Source: an uncultured Gemmatimonadales bacterium (GTDB taxonomy: Bacteria; Gemmatimonadota; Gemmatimonadetes; Gemmatimonadales; GWC2-71-9). From it: a stretch of DNA of 64,000 nt. The notes under the pieces were generated by a model. It was given only the letters and a program-made list of their open reading frames with translations, made no database searches and was not told where the DNA came from. Below are positions 39,198-49,704 of this stretch, piece by piece. Position numbers and translations under genes: made by a program. Numbering within the stretch: the stretch's first letter is position 1; each line of letters starts with the position of its first letter. The stretch covers positions 832,001 to 896,000 of the forward strand of contig CAVOGR010000001.1 of NCBI GenBank assembly GCA_963695555.1, in the 5' to 3' direction.

Positions 39198-40562
39198 CTA
39201 CTCAGTTCCTAGCCGTATCACCGTCACACCATCTCCCGCTTCGGTCCGCGCACCGCGGAAGCGCGCCACCATCCCATCCCCCTCGACGATCACAACGCCA
39301 CTCGAGTCCCGGACCGTTGGAGACCTGGGCAGGCCGGTGACGGTCAACCTGAGAACGCCGGCGAAGAGCGGATGGCCGGAGTCGCCGAGCGTGAGACCCG
39401 ACCGGTTCAAGATCTCGATGGTTCCAGTCTCGTTGCCAAGCTGGAGGTGTCGGGAATGCAGCACCTCCAAGTCGGCGACGCGCAGGACGTTCAGGGGGTC
39501 GAACCGCTGCGGGAAGAGTGGCGCGTTGGCCGCTTCAACAATGAGTCGCCACCCGGGTGCAGTCAGAAACTCCTCGCGGCGGGCCCTGAGCCTCGCGCCG
39601 AGGTCAGCGATGTCCGCCCGCGCGGCCGTCTTGAGGACTCGAAGGTCTTCGGGCACGGGCCCGCAGAAGCGGCGGCTCTCAGGTCTCGCCGCGGCCCGCT
39701 CGAGCAACTCGTCCAGGTGCCGGTCCGGATGCGCGGCGAGCGTTGCCTTCCATGCCGGGTCCAGGCGATCGAGCAGGTCGCTCATGGCCGCGCCAATGGC
39801 GTAGCTTCTGGCCCGCACGTCCTCCGGGGCGTAACTCGGGGCCGGGACCGAGATCGCGGTCCCGCTGGCACGCGCGCCGATGTATTCCGCCAGGCCCTCG
39901 AGCATTTCGGTGCCGCGTTCGTACGCGACCGACGCCGAGTCGAGGAATCCGAAGCGCTCCTTCCTGGCGTGGACCGCCGCCCGGGCCCAACAGGCCGCGT
40001 CGTCGCGATCGGGGCTCAGCATGGCCGCGCGAAGGCTCAGGGTCTCGAGCCGCCGGAGCTCCAGGTTGAGCGTGTCCGTCATCGGATACACGAACAGGTG
40101 CACGTCGTTCCCGCCCCAGGTGGGGTAGCGTACCCGTTGGAAGACGTGAAACGCCTCGTGCACCGCGACACGCGACCAGGCCCGGGGTGAAGGGTTGCTG
40201 AGCGTGTCGAGCAGGAGCGTGGCTGTCGGTATCCCGTCCCAGTCGAGGCTGGTATTCGCCCGCATGAGGTGGTGCTGGCCGCGGTATACTTGGGTCTCGG
40301 GCAGGCTATCGACCGGATGAAACCCTGCGAGTTCATGTGGATGGCGGAACATCCATGTGGTGGCGCCGTCGTACACGGCCAGCGGGATGGCCCGGGGGTC
40401 GAAGCCAGGCCAGGCCGATTCGGCGGCGACCGAATCGAAGGCGGAGGCCAGATCATAGGCCCGTGGCGCCGGACCGTCGGACGCCGGTCTGGCGCACGAT
40501 GCCGCGAGCCAGAGAACGCCCACCCACCAGCTATGTTGACCGCCTCCCCGCCATCGCGTCAC
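39198..40562 (-). CDS. putative lipoprotein with zinc-metallopeptidase (gluzincin-like) motif
   Basis: GGAGG + GTG start; lipobox-like LAASC; HEAFH and downstream EGLAEY. Confidence 0.7.
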   Translation of the reverse strand: MTRWRGGGQHSWWVGVLWLAASCARPASDGPAPRAYDLASAFDSVAAESAWPGFDPRAIPLAVYDGATTWMFRHPHELAGFHPVDSLPETQVYRGQHHLMRANTSLDWDGIPTATLLLDTLSNPSPRAWSRVAVHEAFHVFQRVRYPTWGGNDVHLFVYPMTDTLNLELRRLETLSLRAAMLSPDRDDAACWARAAVHARKERFGFLDSASVAYERGTEMLEGLAEYIGARASGTAISVPAPSYAPEDVRARSYAIGAAMSDLLDRLDPAWKATLAAHPDRHLDELLERAAARPESRRFCGPVPEDLRVLKTAARADIADLGARLRARREEFLTAPGWRLIVEAANAPLFPQRFDPLNVLRVADLEVLHSRHLQLGNETGTIEILNRSGLTLGDSGHPLFAGVLRLTVTGLPRSPTVRDSSGVVIVEGDGMVARFRGARTEAGDGVTVIRLGTE

Positions 40563-40900
40563 GAGCACCTCCAAAAAGTGTCTGCTCTCCTCGACGATTC
40601 GCCGCTCATCGGAATCGTTGCAGGATCCGGCGGCCATCCGTCGGTGGGCCGACTTCGAGCCCCCGTTGGAGAGACGTCGACAGGGCAGATGCCCCCACTG
40701 GGAGCAACCAGGCAGGGTCCTCCCACCATGGGTACCTGACGGCTCACGATTCTCACTGGCTGCCTGCGCTGTTCTGATGCAGCCTGGTATGGCAAAATCC
40801 CGAGCGCATTCGTAGGTTAGCGGATGCACCGTGCAACGCCCCGTCGCAGGCTCGGTGCCTCGTGAGGAACCAACCAGCACAATATCCGTGGAGCTCCTGC

Positions 40901-42043
40901 ATGAAACATGCTGCCATCTGTGCGCTAATCCTCGTGTGTGGGTTGCCGAGCACTCTGATCGCGCAGCGTGACTCGATCAGACTACCGTTCCCGACGGGCC
41001 CGTATCCTGTGGGAACGGTCACATTTCATTGGGAAGATCAATCTCGCACGCACAGGTCTTCGTCATTTGAGGACGACCTCCGGCAGATCGTCGTTCAACT
41101 CTGGTACCCAGGAGAGGACGACTCGACAGCGCAACGTGCACCTTATTCGGCCCTCTCTCCGGACTATCGTCACGTAGAGGGACACAGCAAACTTCGGACG
41201 GCGTTTTCGAGAAGAGTATCGACAAGCCCGCTGGTCCTGATCAGTCCCGGCCGGGGCGTCGAACGATTTGGCTACACGACGATCGCCGAGGCGCTCGCGA
41301 GCAATGGATATGTGGTCGCGGCCGTGGATATGCCGGAAATCGGGTACGTCATCTATCCGGACGGCTATATCGTCAAACCGAACGCCGCGTTTCGACCTTC
41401 CCGCGACCTGATGGCCGGGCCGTACGAGAAGGTCGACGAATTCTTCGAGACGCCGGCCGAGATGGGGCGTCTCGATCTCGAACTGGCACTCGTGAATCTT
41501 CGTCAGTTGAATGACGAGAATCCCACAAGTCGATTTACCAACAAGATCGAGCTCGACAATGTCGGGATATTCGGCCACTCATTGGGCGGGCGGATTGCGG
41601 GTGCATTGGCGGAACGGAACCCGAGTATCAAGGCATACATTTCGATGGAGGGCATCGCTCCACGGCGCGCCAGGTTCAATGGACTGGACATGCCCGTTGC
41701 CATGCTGGTCAGTAGCGGGACGCTTCCGTACGCCAAGGACAATTACCAGACACTGATTGATGGTCGTACGAACACCGTGTTCCTGGTCGAGCTCCAGACC
41801 TTCGGCCATAACTCGGTAACCGACTTTCCCACAGTCACCCCGGGACAATTCGACTACGAGGTGGACCCTCGAGTGGGCCTGGTCACATCGGTGGCGATCG
41901 TGCAGGCGTTCTTCGATGCGTATCTGAAAAAGAGCAGGGGGTTCCGTGAATCAGCCGGCAATCTCGAACACGTACTGGTCACCGAGTACGCCGGACGGGC
42001 GAAGAGATGGTCTGCTGGTTCTGCGGGCCGCCGCATCCCTTAG
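40901..42043 (+). CDS. secreted alpha/beta hydrolase (PAF-acetylhydrolase II-like)
   Basis: PTGPYPVG, VQLWYP, LASNGYVVAAVD, GHSLGG, HNSVTD. Confidence 0.87.
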   Translation: MKHAAICALILVCGLPSTLIAQRDSIRLPFPTGPYPVGTVTFHWEDQSRTHRSSSFEDDLRQIVVQLWYPGEDDSTAQRAPYSALSPDYRHVEGHSKLRTAFSRRVSTSPLVLISPGRGVERFGYTTIAEALASNGYVVAAVDMPEIGYVIYPDGYIVKPNAAFRPSRDLMAGPYEKVDEFFETPAEMGRLDLELALVNLRQLNDENPTSRFTNKIELDNVGIFGHSLGGRIAGALAERNPSIKAYISMEGIAPRRARFNGLDMPVAMLVSSGTLPYAKDNYQTLIDGRTNTVFLVELQTFGHNSVTDFPTVTPGQFDYEVDPRVGLVTSVAIVQAFFDAYLKKSRGFRESAGNLEHVLVTEYAGRAKRWSAGSAGRRIP

Positions 42044-42180
42044 CGGGCTCCGATCCACAATTCGCGCGCCCTAGCAATCACCCCTACGTGGCGGCCAACG
42101 CCCGGCGCTCGCCCGGTCTGGTATGGCGCAATCCCGATCAAATTCATAGGTTATTGAATGCGCTGTTTCCGGACCAGGGC

Positions 42181-44565
42181 ATGACCGAGCGGCTGACGGA
42201 AGTGCCTGTCACGCGGCAGGATGACCCCATCCTCCACGCGCTCCGCGATGCGACCATCGGGGACTATGAAATCCTCGCGGAGTTGGGTCGCGGTGGCATG
42301 GCGGTGGTCTACCTGGCGCACGACCTCGCCCTGGATCGCAAGGTGGCCATCAAGGTCATGTTTCCCGCCTTGCTTGCGGGCGAGGGGACCGCCGAGCGAT
42401 TCAAGCGGGAGGCCCGCACGGCGGCGTCGCTCACCCATCCCAATATCATCCCGATCTACGCCGTCAAGGAACACGAGTCGCTGCTCTATTTCGTCATGCA
42501 GTTCGTCGGAGGGCGGGGTTTGGACTCCGTCATCGAGGAACGCGGGCAGCTGCCGGTTGCCATGGTGCAGGCCATTCTCAATCAGGTCGGGGAGGCGCTC
42601 GAATACGCTCACCACCGCGGCGTCATCCATCGCGGACATCAAGCCCGGGAACATTCTGCTGGACGAGGAAGGCCGGGCGATCGTGACGGACTTCGGCATC
42701 GCGAAGGTCTCGGCCGCGGACAGCATCACGCGGACCGGCGGCGTCGTCGGGACGCCCTCGTATATGAGTCCCGAGCAGTGCACCGCCGGCGAGGTGACCG
42801 GCGCGTCGGACCAATACTCGCTCGGCTTGGTCGGCTACGAGATGTTGACGGGGAGCCGCCCCTTCATGGGCGAGAGCATGATGCAGTTGATGTATCTCCG
42901 GTGCACCGCGGATCCCGCGCCGATTCCCGACACTCGACCCGATTGTCCGCGCGACCTCGAGCAGGCCGTCATGCGGATGCTCCGACGGGAACCGGAACGA
43001 CGCTGGCCCACCGTCGCGGCGGCGGTGACGGCGGTTGGCAGCCCGTCGACCGGCGAGCGCGCCGCTGTTCGGAAGGAAATGGCAGAGCTGGCCAAAGCAG
43101 GGCGCTCCAGGCGAATCAGCATGGGAATCCGCACCCCAACGAGCCCGGTCCCCGATACGAGGCGGCAGGTGGCCGCCCGAGCCGGAGGCGAGTCGCTGGA
43201 TCGCGCCAGACGCTGGCCCTCTTGGCGCTCGGTCCTCCGCTGGGCGGTGCCGGCCCTCGCCGTTCTTGCCGTTGCCATATGGATTCTGGCGCGCGGTCTC
43301 GACTCAGCGGCGCCCGGAAGCACGGTCGTCCCGATCGAGGATGCCGCCGCGCCGCCGCTGACATCGCCGGTCGTCGCGAGCCTCGAACTCATCCCGCCAT
43401 CGCTCACGCTCCAGGCCGGCGACGCGTCCCGGCTCGTTGCACGGGCCGTCGGCGCTGCCGGCGACCCAATCCCCAGGCAACGGTCGAATTGGAGACCAGT
43501 GATCCGTCGATTGCACGGCTCGCGGCCAACGGCATGGTCACCGCGGTTGCTGCCGGCCGCGCCACGATTACCGCTCGGAGCGGAACCGCGCTCGCCAGCG
43601 CCCCGATAACGGTTCTCGCGCCCCCGCCCCCGTCCCCATCCGCTGCTCCACGTGGCCCGGCGGCTACCGCGAGCTCCGCCGTGCGCGCCATCGCGCTTGC
43701 TCCCCTGCTCGATACGCTCGTGGTGGGGACGACCCGGGTCTTCTCCGCGGAGCCACAGAGCGCAACCGGCACGCCCTTGGCGGGACGAACCGTGACCTGG
43801 AATTCGAGCAATCCTGCGGTTGCCGGCGTGTCCCCCGGCGGCGTGGTCACCGCGCTCAGCGAGGGCAGCACGCGCATCACCGTGGAGAGCGAAGGGGTGT
43901 CTCGAGGTGCCACCCTGGTGGTCGTACCCGCTCCCGTCGCAACAGTGGAGATCACCCCCAACGCACCGACGATTCCGGTCGGGGGGAGCGTTGCCTTGAT
44001 GGCCGTTCTCAGGGACGCCGTGGGACGGGCACTCGGAGACCGTGCGATCGCCTGGTCGTCCGACGCCCCAGGCATCGCGTCGGTCTCGCCGACGGGCAGC
44101 GTCTCGGGCGTTGCCATGGGAACCGCTCGCATTACGGCATCCAGCTCCGGCCGTGCCGGACAGGTGACGGTGACCGTCACCGCCGGCCCGTCGGCTTCGG
44201 CCGCGCCGGTCGAAGCTCCGCCCACGGCCGAGGACATCCGCCGCGGCGTCGAGCGCGCGATCCTGGCCTTTGGTCGGGCGGTCGAGTCGCGGGATATCGC
44301 CGAGCTCCGCCGGGTCTATCCGGGCATGTCGCAGGCGCAGGAGCAAGCGTATGCCGGGCTCTTTCGAAACGTGCCACGGTTCACCGTGGCGCTGACGGTG
44401 GATCGCGCACTGGATGTCCAGGGTAGTGTCGCACGCGCGACCGGGATTGCCCGCTATCACTATTACGAGCCGCGCGATCTCGAGCGAACGTTTCCCTACA
44501 GCGCCGCCCTCGAGTACGTGGCCGGGGTGTGGCGGCTCACCTCCATGGTCTTCGCCGAGGAGTAG
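42181..44565 (+). CDS. membrane Ser/Thr protein kinase with three Ig-like (Big_2) repeats and a C-terminal NTF2-like domain (frameshifts near 42633 and 43480)
   Basis: GRGGMAVVY, VAIK, HR|DIKPGN, DFGIA, GTPSYMSPE; one TM; W.SS.P..A.V repeats; helix-plus-sheet C-terminus ending GVWRL. Confidence 0.85.
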   Translation: MTERLTEVPVTRQDDPILHALRDATIGDYEILAELGRGGMAVVYLAHDLALDRKVAIKVMFPALLAGEGTAERFKREARTAASLTHPNIIPIYAVKEHESLLYFVMQFVGGRGLDSVIEERGQLPVAMVQAILNQVGEALEYAHHRGVIHRGHQAREHSAGRGRPGDRDGLRHREGLGRGQHHADRRRRRDALVYESRAVHRRRGDRRVGPILARLGRLRDVDGEPPLHGREHDAVDVSPVHRGSRADSRHSTRLSARPRAGRHADAPTGTGTTLAHRRGGGDGGWQPVDRRARRCSEGNGRAGQSRALQANQHGNPHPNEPGPRYEAAGGRPSRRRVAGSRQTLALLALGPPLGGAGPRRSCRCHMDSGARSRLSGARKHGRPDRGCRRAAADIAGRREPRTHPAIAHAPGRRRVPARCTGRRRCRRPNPQATVELETSDPSIARLAANGMVTAVAAGRATITARSGTALASAPITVLAPPPPSPSAAPRGPAATASSAVRAIALAPLLDTLVVGTTRVFSAEPQSATGTPLAGRTVTWNSSNPAVAGVSPGGVVTALSEGSTRITVESEGVSRGATLVVVPAPVATVEITPNAPTIPVGGSVALMAVLRDAVGRALGDRAIAWSSDAPGIASVSPTGSVSGVAMGTARITASSSGRAGQVTVTVTAGPSASAAPVEAPPTAEDIRRGVERAILAFGRAVESRDIAELRRVYPGMSQAQEQAYAGLFRNVPRFTVALTVDRALDVQGSVARATGIARYHYYEPRDLERTFPYSAALEYVAGVWRLTSMVFAEE

Positions 44566-44576
44566 CGACATTCGCA

Positions 44577-45914
44577 ATGATGAACCGATACGTTGTGGTA
44601 CTGCTTGCCGGGTTGACGCTGGCGCCGTCCATCCAGGCCCAGGCGTTGCGCGATCAGATCAATGAATTGTTCATCTTCGGTTCCGGCGAGGACCAACTCT
44701 TCCTTGCCGGCACGGCCGATCCTAATAACCCTGCGTCGGTCCAGGCGCACGGCGCGCATTTCGTGCCGTCAGCGGTATCTAGTAACGGGAACCTGATTTC
44801 CTTTCTCACGTCCTCGCTTGGGGCCAACGTCTCGAACATTCCAATCAGCGCAACCAGCAGCGGGACGACGTTCCGCTTCCAGGCAGGCGTGCCGGTCCCG
44901 ACGTCCACCTCCGCCGGGCCGATCTTTGCGGAGCGCGCGCAGACCTTGGGACGCGGGCGGGTGTTGATCGGCGCCAGCGTGAGCTCGCTTCACTTCAAGA
45001 GCCTCCGCGGGGTGGACCTCGATGCCATCCGGCTCAACTTCACGCACGCGAACACGGATTTTCCGGGGTGCGATAGCATCTTCGGGGGCGATTGTAGCCT
45101 CCAGGGCATCCCGGTGCTCGAAAACGACTTCATCGAAATGGATCTCGACCTGGACATCAACGTCCGGGCGATCTCGTTCGTGGTGACGTATGGCCTGCTG
45201 GACCGGGTCGATATCGGCGTCGCCCTGCCGATCATCACCACATCGCTCCGCGGCCGCAGCGAGGCCCAGGTGGTACCCTTTGGGGGCAATCAGGCCGCCC
45301 ACTTCTTCGGTGGCACCGTCGACAATCCGGATCTCTTTGCCTCACGGTTCGTGGAGGGATCGGCGACGGGCATCGGCGACCTCGCGGTCCGGGCGAAGGT
45401 GGCGGTCAGCGAGGCGCAGCGGGCGAAGTTCGCCGTGCTGGCCGACGCGAGGTTTGCCACCGGCACCGCCGAGGATTTTCTTGGCTCAGGCGAGTTCGCC
45501 CTGCGGGGAATCGGGATTCTCTCAGCCCAGTTCGGCGCGTTTTCGCCTCACGCCAACCTGGGATACCTGTATCGTTCAGGGGAGCTGTCCAATGACGCGG
45601 TCTTGGCGACGGCCGGATTCGATCAATTGATGGCGCCCTGGGCCACGCTTGCGGTGGACATCGTGTCGGAATTCCAGGTGGGAGCCAATCGCCTTCAATT
45701 GCCTGGTGAGGTGGTGATCCAGGCGCCGTTTCGGCGCGTGATCCAGCCGACGACCATCCCGAACACGCGCGATGACCTCGTCAACGCCTCGCTCGGGTTC
45801 AAGTTCCTGACCTCGGCCGGGTTGAGCATCATCACCAACGCCATCTGGCCGCTCAATCGCGACGGGCTGCGCCCGGATGTGGTCTGGACCGCAGCGCTCG
45901 AGTACGGTTTCTGA
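44577..45914 (+). CDS. outer-membrane beta-barrel protein (MetA-pathway/transporter-like)
   Basis: Signal peptide IQA|Q, AERAQTLGRG, YGLLDRVDIGVALP, GIGDL, amphipathic strands, terminal LEYGF. Confidence 0.75.
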   Translation: MMNRYVVVLLAGLTLAPSIQAQALRDQINELFIFGSGEDQLFLAGTADPNNPASVQAHGAHFVPSAVSSNGNLISFLTSSLGANVSNIPISATSSGTTFRFQAGVPVPTSTSAGPIFAERAQTLGRGRVLIGASVSSLHFKSLRGVDLDAIRLNFTHANTDFPGCDSIFGGDCSLQGIPVLENDFIEMDLDLDINVRAISFVVTYGLLDRVDIGVALPIITTSLRGRSEAQVVPFGGNQAAHFFGGTVDNPDLFASRFVEGSATGIGDLAVRAKVAVSEAQRAKFAVLADARFATGTAEDFLGSGEFALRGIGILSAQFGAFSPHANLGYLYRSGELSNDAVLATAGFDQLMAPWATLAVDIVSEFQVGANRLQLPGEVVIQAPFRRVIQPTTIPNTRDDLVNASLGFKFLTSAGLSIITNAIWPLNRDGLRPDVVWTAALEYGF

Positions 45915-46375
45915 TGTCTGAGCCAACCAAGGGTCGAGCCGTGGACCAATCGACAACCGGCGCAGCTAAAACGAAGGCAATGTCCGACCTGGCGCGAGCA
46001 AGCTATGAGCGATGCTGCGCCGAGCCGGACTTCATCCCCGCGTTCTATCGGAATTTCTTTGCAGTGTGTCCGGAGGCGAGGCCACAGTTCGCCCACACCG
46101 ATTTCCGCCGGCAGCACAACCTGCTGCGTCACGCGTTGAGCCTGCTGCTGCTCTTTCCCAACAAGCCGGACCCAGAGGCGCGGAACCTGCTCCGGCGCGT
46201 GGCCGAACGGCACGGCCGGAATGATCTTGCGATCGACCCGTCGCTCTATGCACCGTTCGTTGACAGTTTGGTCACCACCGTGGGACAGTACGACCCCGAC
46301 TATTCTCCTGAGATCGAAGCCGCGTGGCGGGGCACGGTTGCGAAGGGCGTGGACTACATGATCTCCAAGTATTAG
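45914..46375 (+). CDS. single-domain globin (start may be 45980)
   Basis: FY..FF..CPE.RP.F..TDF.RQ, proximal His (AERHG), F.DSL…AW. Confidence 0.88.
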   Translation: MSEPTKGRAVDQSTTGAAKTKAMSDLARASYERCCAEPDFIPAFYRNFFAVCPEARPQFAHTDFRRQHNLLRHALSLLLLFPNKPDPEARNLLRRVAERHGRNDLAIDPSLYAPFVDSLVTTVGQYDPDYSPEIEAAWRGTVAKGVDYMISKY

Positions 46376-46522
46376 GGAATCGGCTCAGAGGTCGTGAGAA
46401 CGGCGGTCATTCGGGTTTTCCCGAGTTGGTCTCTCGGGCCGCGGCGTGTATCTTGGCTGTTCCGCCGGCGCCTGACAGGGGCGCACGCAGACACAGGGCT
46501 CTTCATGACGGAGGTGTGGTAG

Positions 46523-46750
46523 ATGCCAGAGAGGAGGCACGGCGATCGCCGGGAACTCTACGCCCGCGTGCATGCCCTCTATTCTAAGCAGTACCGTGGG
46601 ATCGATCCTAACCGCTGGTATAGGCTGAGTCCCCAGGGCCTCACGCCCGACGGACATTTCTGGATCGTCGACTACGGTGTCAAGGTCTACGCATCGAGAA
46701 AGCACTTCGAGATCGTGGACCGGCGTCCTGATCCTTCCATCGCATCCTAG
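46523..46750 (+). CDS. small hypothetical protein
   Basis: GGAGG RBS, 75 aa, protein-like composition, fills the gap between globin and the convergent kinase. Confidence 0.55.
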   Translation: MPERRHGDRRELYARVHALYSKQYRGIDPNRWYRLSPQGLTPDGHFWIVDYGVKVYASRKHFEIVDRRPDPSIAS

Positions 46751-46803
46751 ATCGACGCCGCTAACGGCGCACACGGCGTGCCCAGCCCGACATCCTCGCA
46801 GAT

Positions 46804-49704
46804 CTAGCGTCCTCGCTCGCCAGCCAGGGCTTCGATCATCGTATTCGCCTCTTCCACGAAGGGTCGGAGTTCCGGATCGGCGTTCCGCCACGCGTCCGTA
46901 ACGAATGAGAATGCCCGGATGGCTTCCTCTCTGTGACCCAGGCGCTCATGCACCCGGCCCCGTTCGAGCGCTACCATGACCGCCTCGACCGGCGGCACCT
47001 GTTCGAGGAGGAACGGCATGTGGTCGAGGAGCTCGATGGCTTCGGTGTCTCCCCCCGAGGCAACGAGAATGCGCGCCCGGGCCAGTTGCTCGTGAAAACA
47101 CGTGGAGCAGGGCCAGTTGGGGAGTACGGCGAAGCGTTCGAGCGCCCCAGCAGAATCGCCTCGTGCCAAAGTGAGATAGGCTTCTGTCGCCCGGGCGAAG
47201 AATCCTGCGGCGGCCTTCAAGGCGGCGGGGCCCTCCGCACTGAGCGAATCCCACCAAGTTGCGGCGATCTTCAGTGAGCTGGTATCGCGCGCCTCCGCCC
47301 AGGAGGGCAGAGCCGCATAGATCCCGGACCATCGCCGCTCGCGGAGCCATCGGTCGAACACCGCGCGCGCCGTATCGGCCGGGATCCGCCCCAGTCGGGC
47401 GAGCCCGGCGAAGAGCGCCGGGATACTGTCTCCCGCCAGCTCATAGGCCGCAGCGAGGTGCCCGCGGAACGCCAGCGATTGTCCTAAGGTGAGCGGTAAG
47501 GTCAGCCTTGCGTCCGATGCCGCCCAGGCGCGAGCGACCCGGATGGCGCTCTCAGCGGTATCCGGCCACCACTTGACGTCGTACCAGACCTGATAGAACT
47601 CCTCGGTCGAGAGCCCCTGCAGCATCTGGGCGACCTCCAGTGTTTCGGCGGTCTGCGGGTCGAGTAGGGCATAGGTCACGCGTTCCGCATTGGTGATCTG
47701 GCCCGGGCCCGCCCGCGCGAGATAGGCTTCCAGTACGACTCGGGCGGCCTCCGGGCCGTCGAGCCGCAAGGTCAGCTCCACCAGATGGCGGTAGGCCGGC
47801 ACAAAGGCCGAATCCAATCTGACCGCTCGAGCGAACGCGTCGCGAGCCTCCTCGCTCGTGACGCCAACCTCCGGACCGCGGTGATAGCGTGTCTCACCGA
47901 GCTGGTACCACACCTGCGGATCTAAGGGGTACTCACGCGCTGCCATCTCCACGGTGCGGAGTTCTCGCAGCCACATGGACCAGCTCGCCGAGTCGCCCGA
48001 AAACGCGCGCAAGGCTCCGCTCAGCGAATCTGCCGCAATCAGCAGACTCTCGCGACGGGCCAGGCCGTGATTGAGCTCGCCGGCACGGAGGAAGGAGGCG
48101 GAGACGGCAGGGTCACCCCTGAGGCTCCAGCCGAGGGTGTAGGCGAGGCGGTTGTACGCCAGCGCGAAGGTCGTGTCCAGCTCGATCGACCGCTCGTAAT
48201 GCTGCTGCGCCGAATCCAACTCGAAGCGTCGATAGTGCTGCTCTCCTTGCAGGAACTCCTTGAGGGCGGCTGGAGAGGCTGATCCGAGCGAGGCGAGGCG
48301 CCATGCCCCGAGTGCCCGGCGTCGGCTCAACTCCGTCATGATCCCCAAGGCGACGGAATCGGCCAGCCGGTCCACGCGATCGGCGACATCACGGAAGCCG
48401 AACTCGGCGATGATCTGCCTGAGTGAGGCGTCGTACAGCGTGGCGGCCACGCGCGCCGAATCGGCGCCGGCCGCAACGAGCCGCCCATAGACCACCAACC
48501 CCGCCCCAAGGCGTCGAGCCAGCTCTGCAGCCGCCCTCGGCTCGGTCCGCCCGCTCCAGTCCTTGATGACGGCGGATGGTGAAACGGCTTTGAGCGGACC
48601 TGCCCCATCGAGGCTCGCCGATAGCATGTCGACCAGCCCCTCCCGCCAAGTATCGAGACCGCCGCCCAGCACATCGAAGGGGGTCACTGCAATGATGTTG
48701 GGGTCGAGGGCCGGTCGAGAGCGGGAGCGCAGCACGACAACCGAGACGACGACAGCGGCCAGGAGTGTAGCGGCCGCGAGAATGCGAATCCTAGTTCGCC
48801 GCCCCCAAATCGGTCGCTTCTCAGCCAGGGGCCTCGTGGCGGTCGGGGTCGACAGCATCGCGAGTTGGGCCGTCAGCTGCTCCGCACTCTGATAGCGATC
48901 GGCCGGGTCCTTCTCCAGGCACCGCATGACGATCTGGGCCAGACCCGGGGGCAGAGCCGACTGGTGGGCCGTTACGGGGGGCGGCGTCTTGGTCACGTGC
49001 GCCGAGAGGATCGACTGCGGGGAGAGATCCACGAACGGCGGCCGACCGGTCAGAATCTCGTAGGCGACCACGCCGAAGGAATAAATGTCCGCACGATGGT
49101 CGACGTTTGGATCGCCAACCGCCTGCTCCGGCGAGCAATAGGCGGGCGTGCCGATGGAGAGCCCCCCGGTCGTGAGCGTTTCGGACTGTGCCGCCTCACG
49201 GAGCGCCTTGGCCACCCCGAAGTCGGTTACCAAGGCGTGCTGCCCCGACAACATGATGTTGCCGGGCTTGATGTCTCGGTGGATAACCCCGTGTGCGTGC
49301 GCGTATGCCAGGGCATCGGCGATGTCCCGCAGAATGCGGACACAATCTCCGACTGGCAGTGGACCGTCCCGCACGACCCGCTGCCGCAACGACTCGCCTT
49401 CGATGAGGGGCATCACGTAATAGAGGAAACCGCCCGCCTCGCCCGATTCGAGGAGAGGAACGATGTGCGGATGGACGAGATTGGCGGCGATCTGGATTTC
49501 CCGGAGGAACCGGTCCGGTCCAACGCCGGCCGACAACTCGGGGTGGAGCACTTTGATCGCAACCGTGCGGCCGTGCTTCAGGTCCCGGGCGAGATAGACC
49601 GTGGCCATTCCGCCGGTCCCGAGGGTGCCTTCAATGGCGTAGCGGTCACCCAGGACCGATTGGAAGCGGTTTAGTTGCTCGGCCGCTCTGCCTCTCAGGG
49701 CCAC
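46804..49704 (-). CDS. Ser/Thr protein kinase with TM, TolB-N-like and TPR-like domains
   Basis: GTGGMATVY, VAIK, HRDIKPGN, DFGVAK, GTPAYCSPE; IAVTPF domain; TPR-like helices. Confidence 0.92.
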   Translation of the reverse strand: MALRGRAAEQLNRFQSVLGDRYAIEGTLGTGGMATVYLARDLKHGRTVAIKVLHPELSAGVGPDRFLREIQIAANLVHPHIVPLLESGEAGGFLYYVMPLIEGESLRQRVVRDGPLPVGDCVRILRDIADALAYAHAHGVIHRDIKPGNIMLSGQHALVTDFGVAKALREAAQSETLTTGGLSIGTPAYCSPEQAVGDPNVDHRADIYSFGVVAYEILTGRPPFVDLSPQSILSAHVTKTPPPVTAHQSALPPGLAQIVMRCLEKDPADRYQSAEQLTAQLAMLSTPTATRPLAEKRPIWGRRTRIRILAAATLLAAVVVSVVVLRSRSRPALDPNIIAVTPFDVLGGGLDTWREGLVDMLSASLDGAGPLKAVSPSAVIKDWSGRTEPRAAAELARRLGAGLVVYGRLVAAGADSARVAATLYDASLRQIIAEFGFRDVADRVDRLADSVALGIMTELSRRRALGAWRLASLGSASPAALKEFLQGEQHYRRFELDSAQQHYERSIELDTTFALAYNRLAYTLGWSLRGDPAVSASFLRAGELNHGLARRESLLIAADSLSGALRAFSGDSASWSMWLRELRTVEMAAREYPLDPQVWYQLGETRYHRGPEVGVTSEEARDAFARAVRLDSAFVPAYRHLVELTLRLDGPEAARVVLEAYLARAGPGQITNAERVTYALLDPQTAETLEVAQMLQGLSTEEFYQVWYDVKWWPDTAESAIRVARAWAASDARLTLPLTLGQSLAFRGHLAAAYELAGDSIPALFAGLARLGRIPADTARAVFDRWLRERRWSGIYAALPSWAEARDTSSLKIAATWWDSLSAEGPAALKAAAGFFARATEAYLTLARGDSAGALERFAVLPNWPCSTCFHEQLARARILVASGGDTEAIELLDHMPFLLEQVPPVEAVMVALERGRVHERLGHREEAIRAFSFVTDAWRNADPELRPFVEEANTMIEALAGERGR

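Noticed and set aside
42135..42160. AT-rich ATTCA-N8-TGAAT inverted repeat upstream of the kinase
   Set aside because: Arms are too short to distinguish from chance; no regulator is assignable
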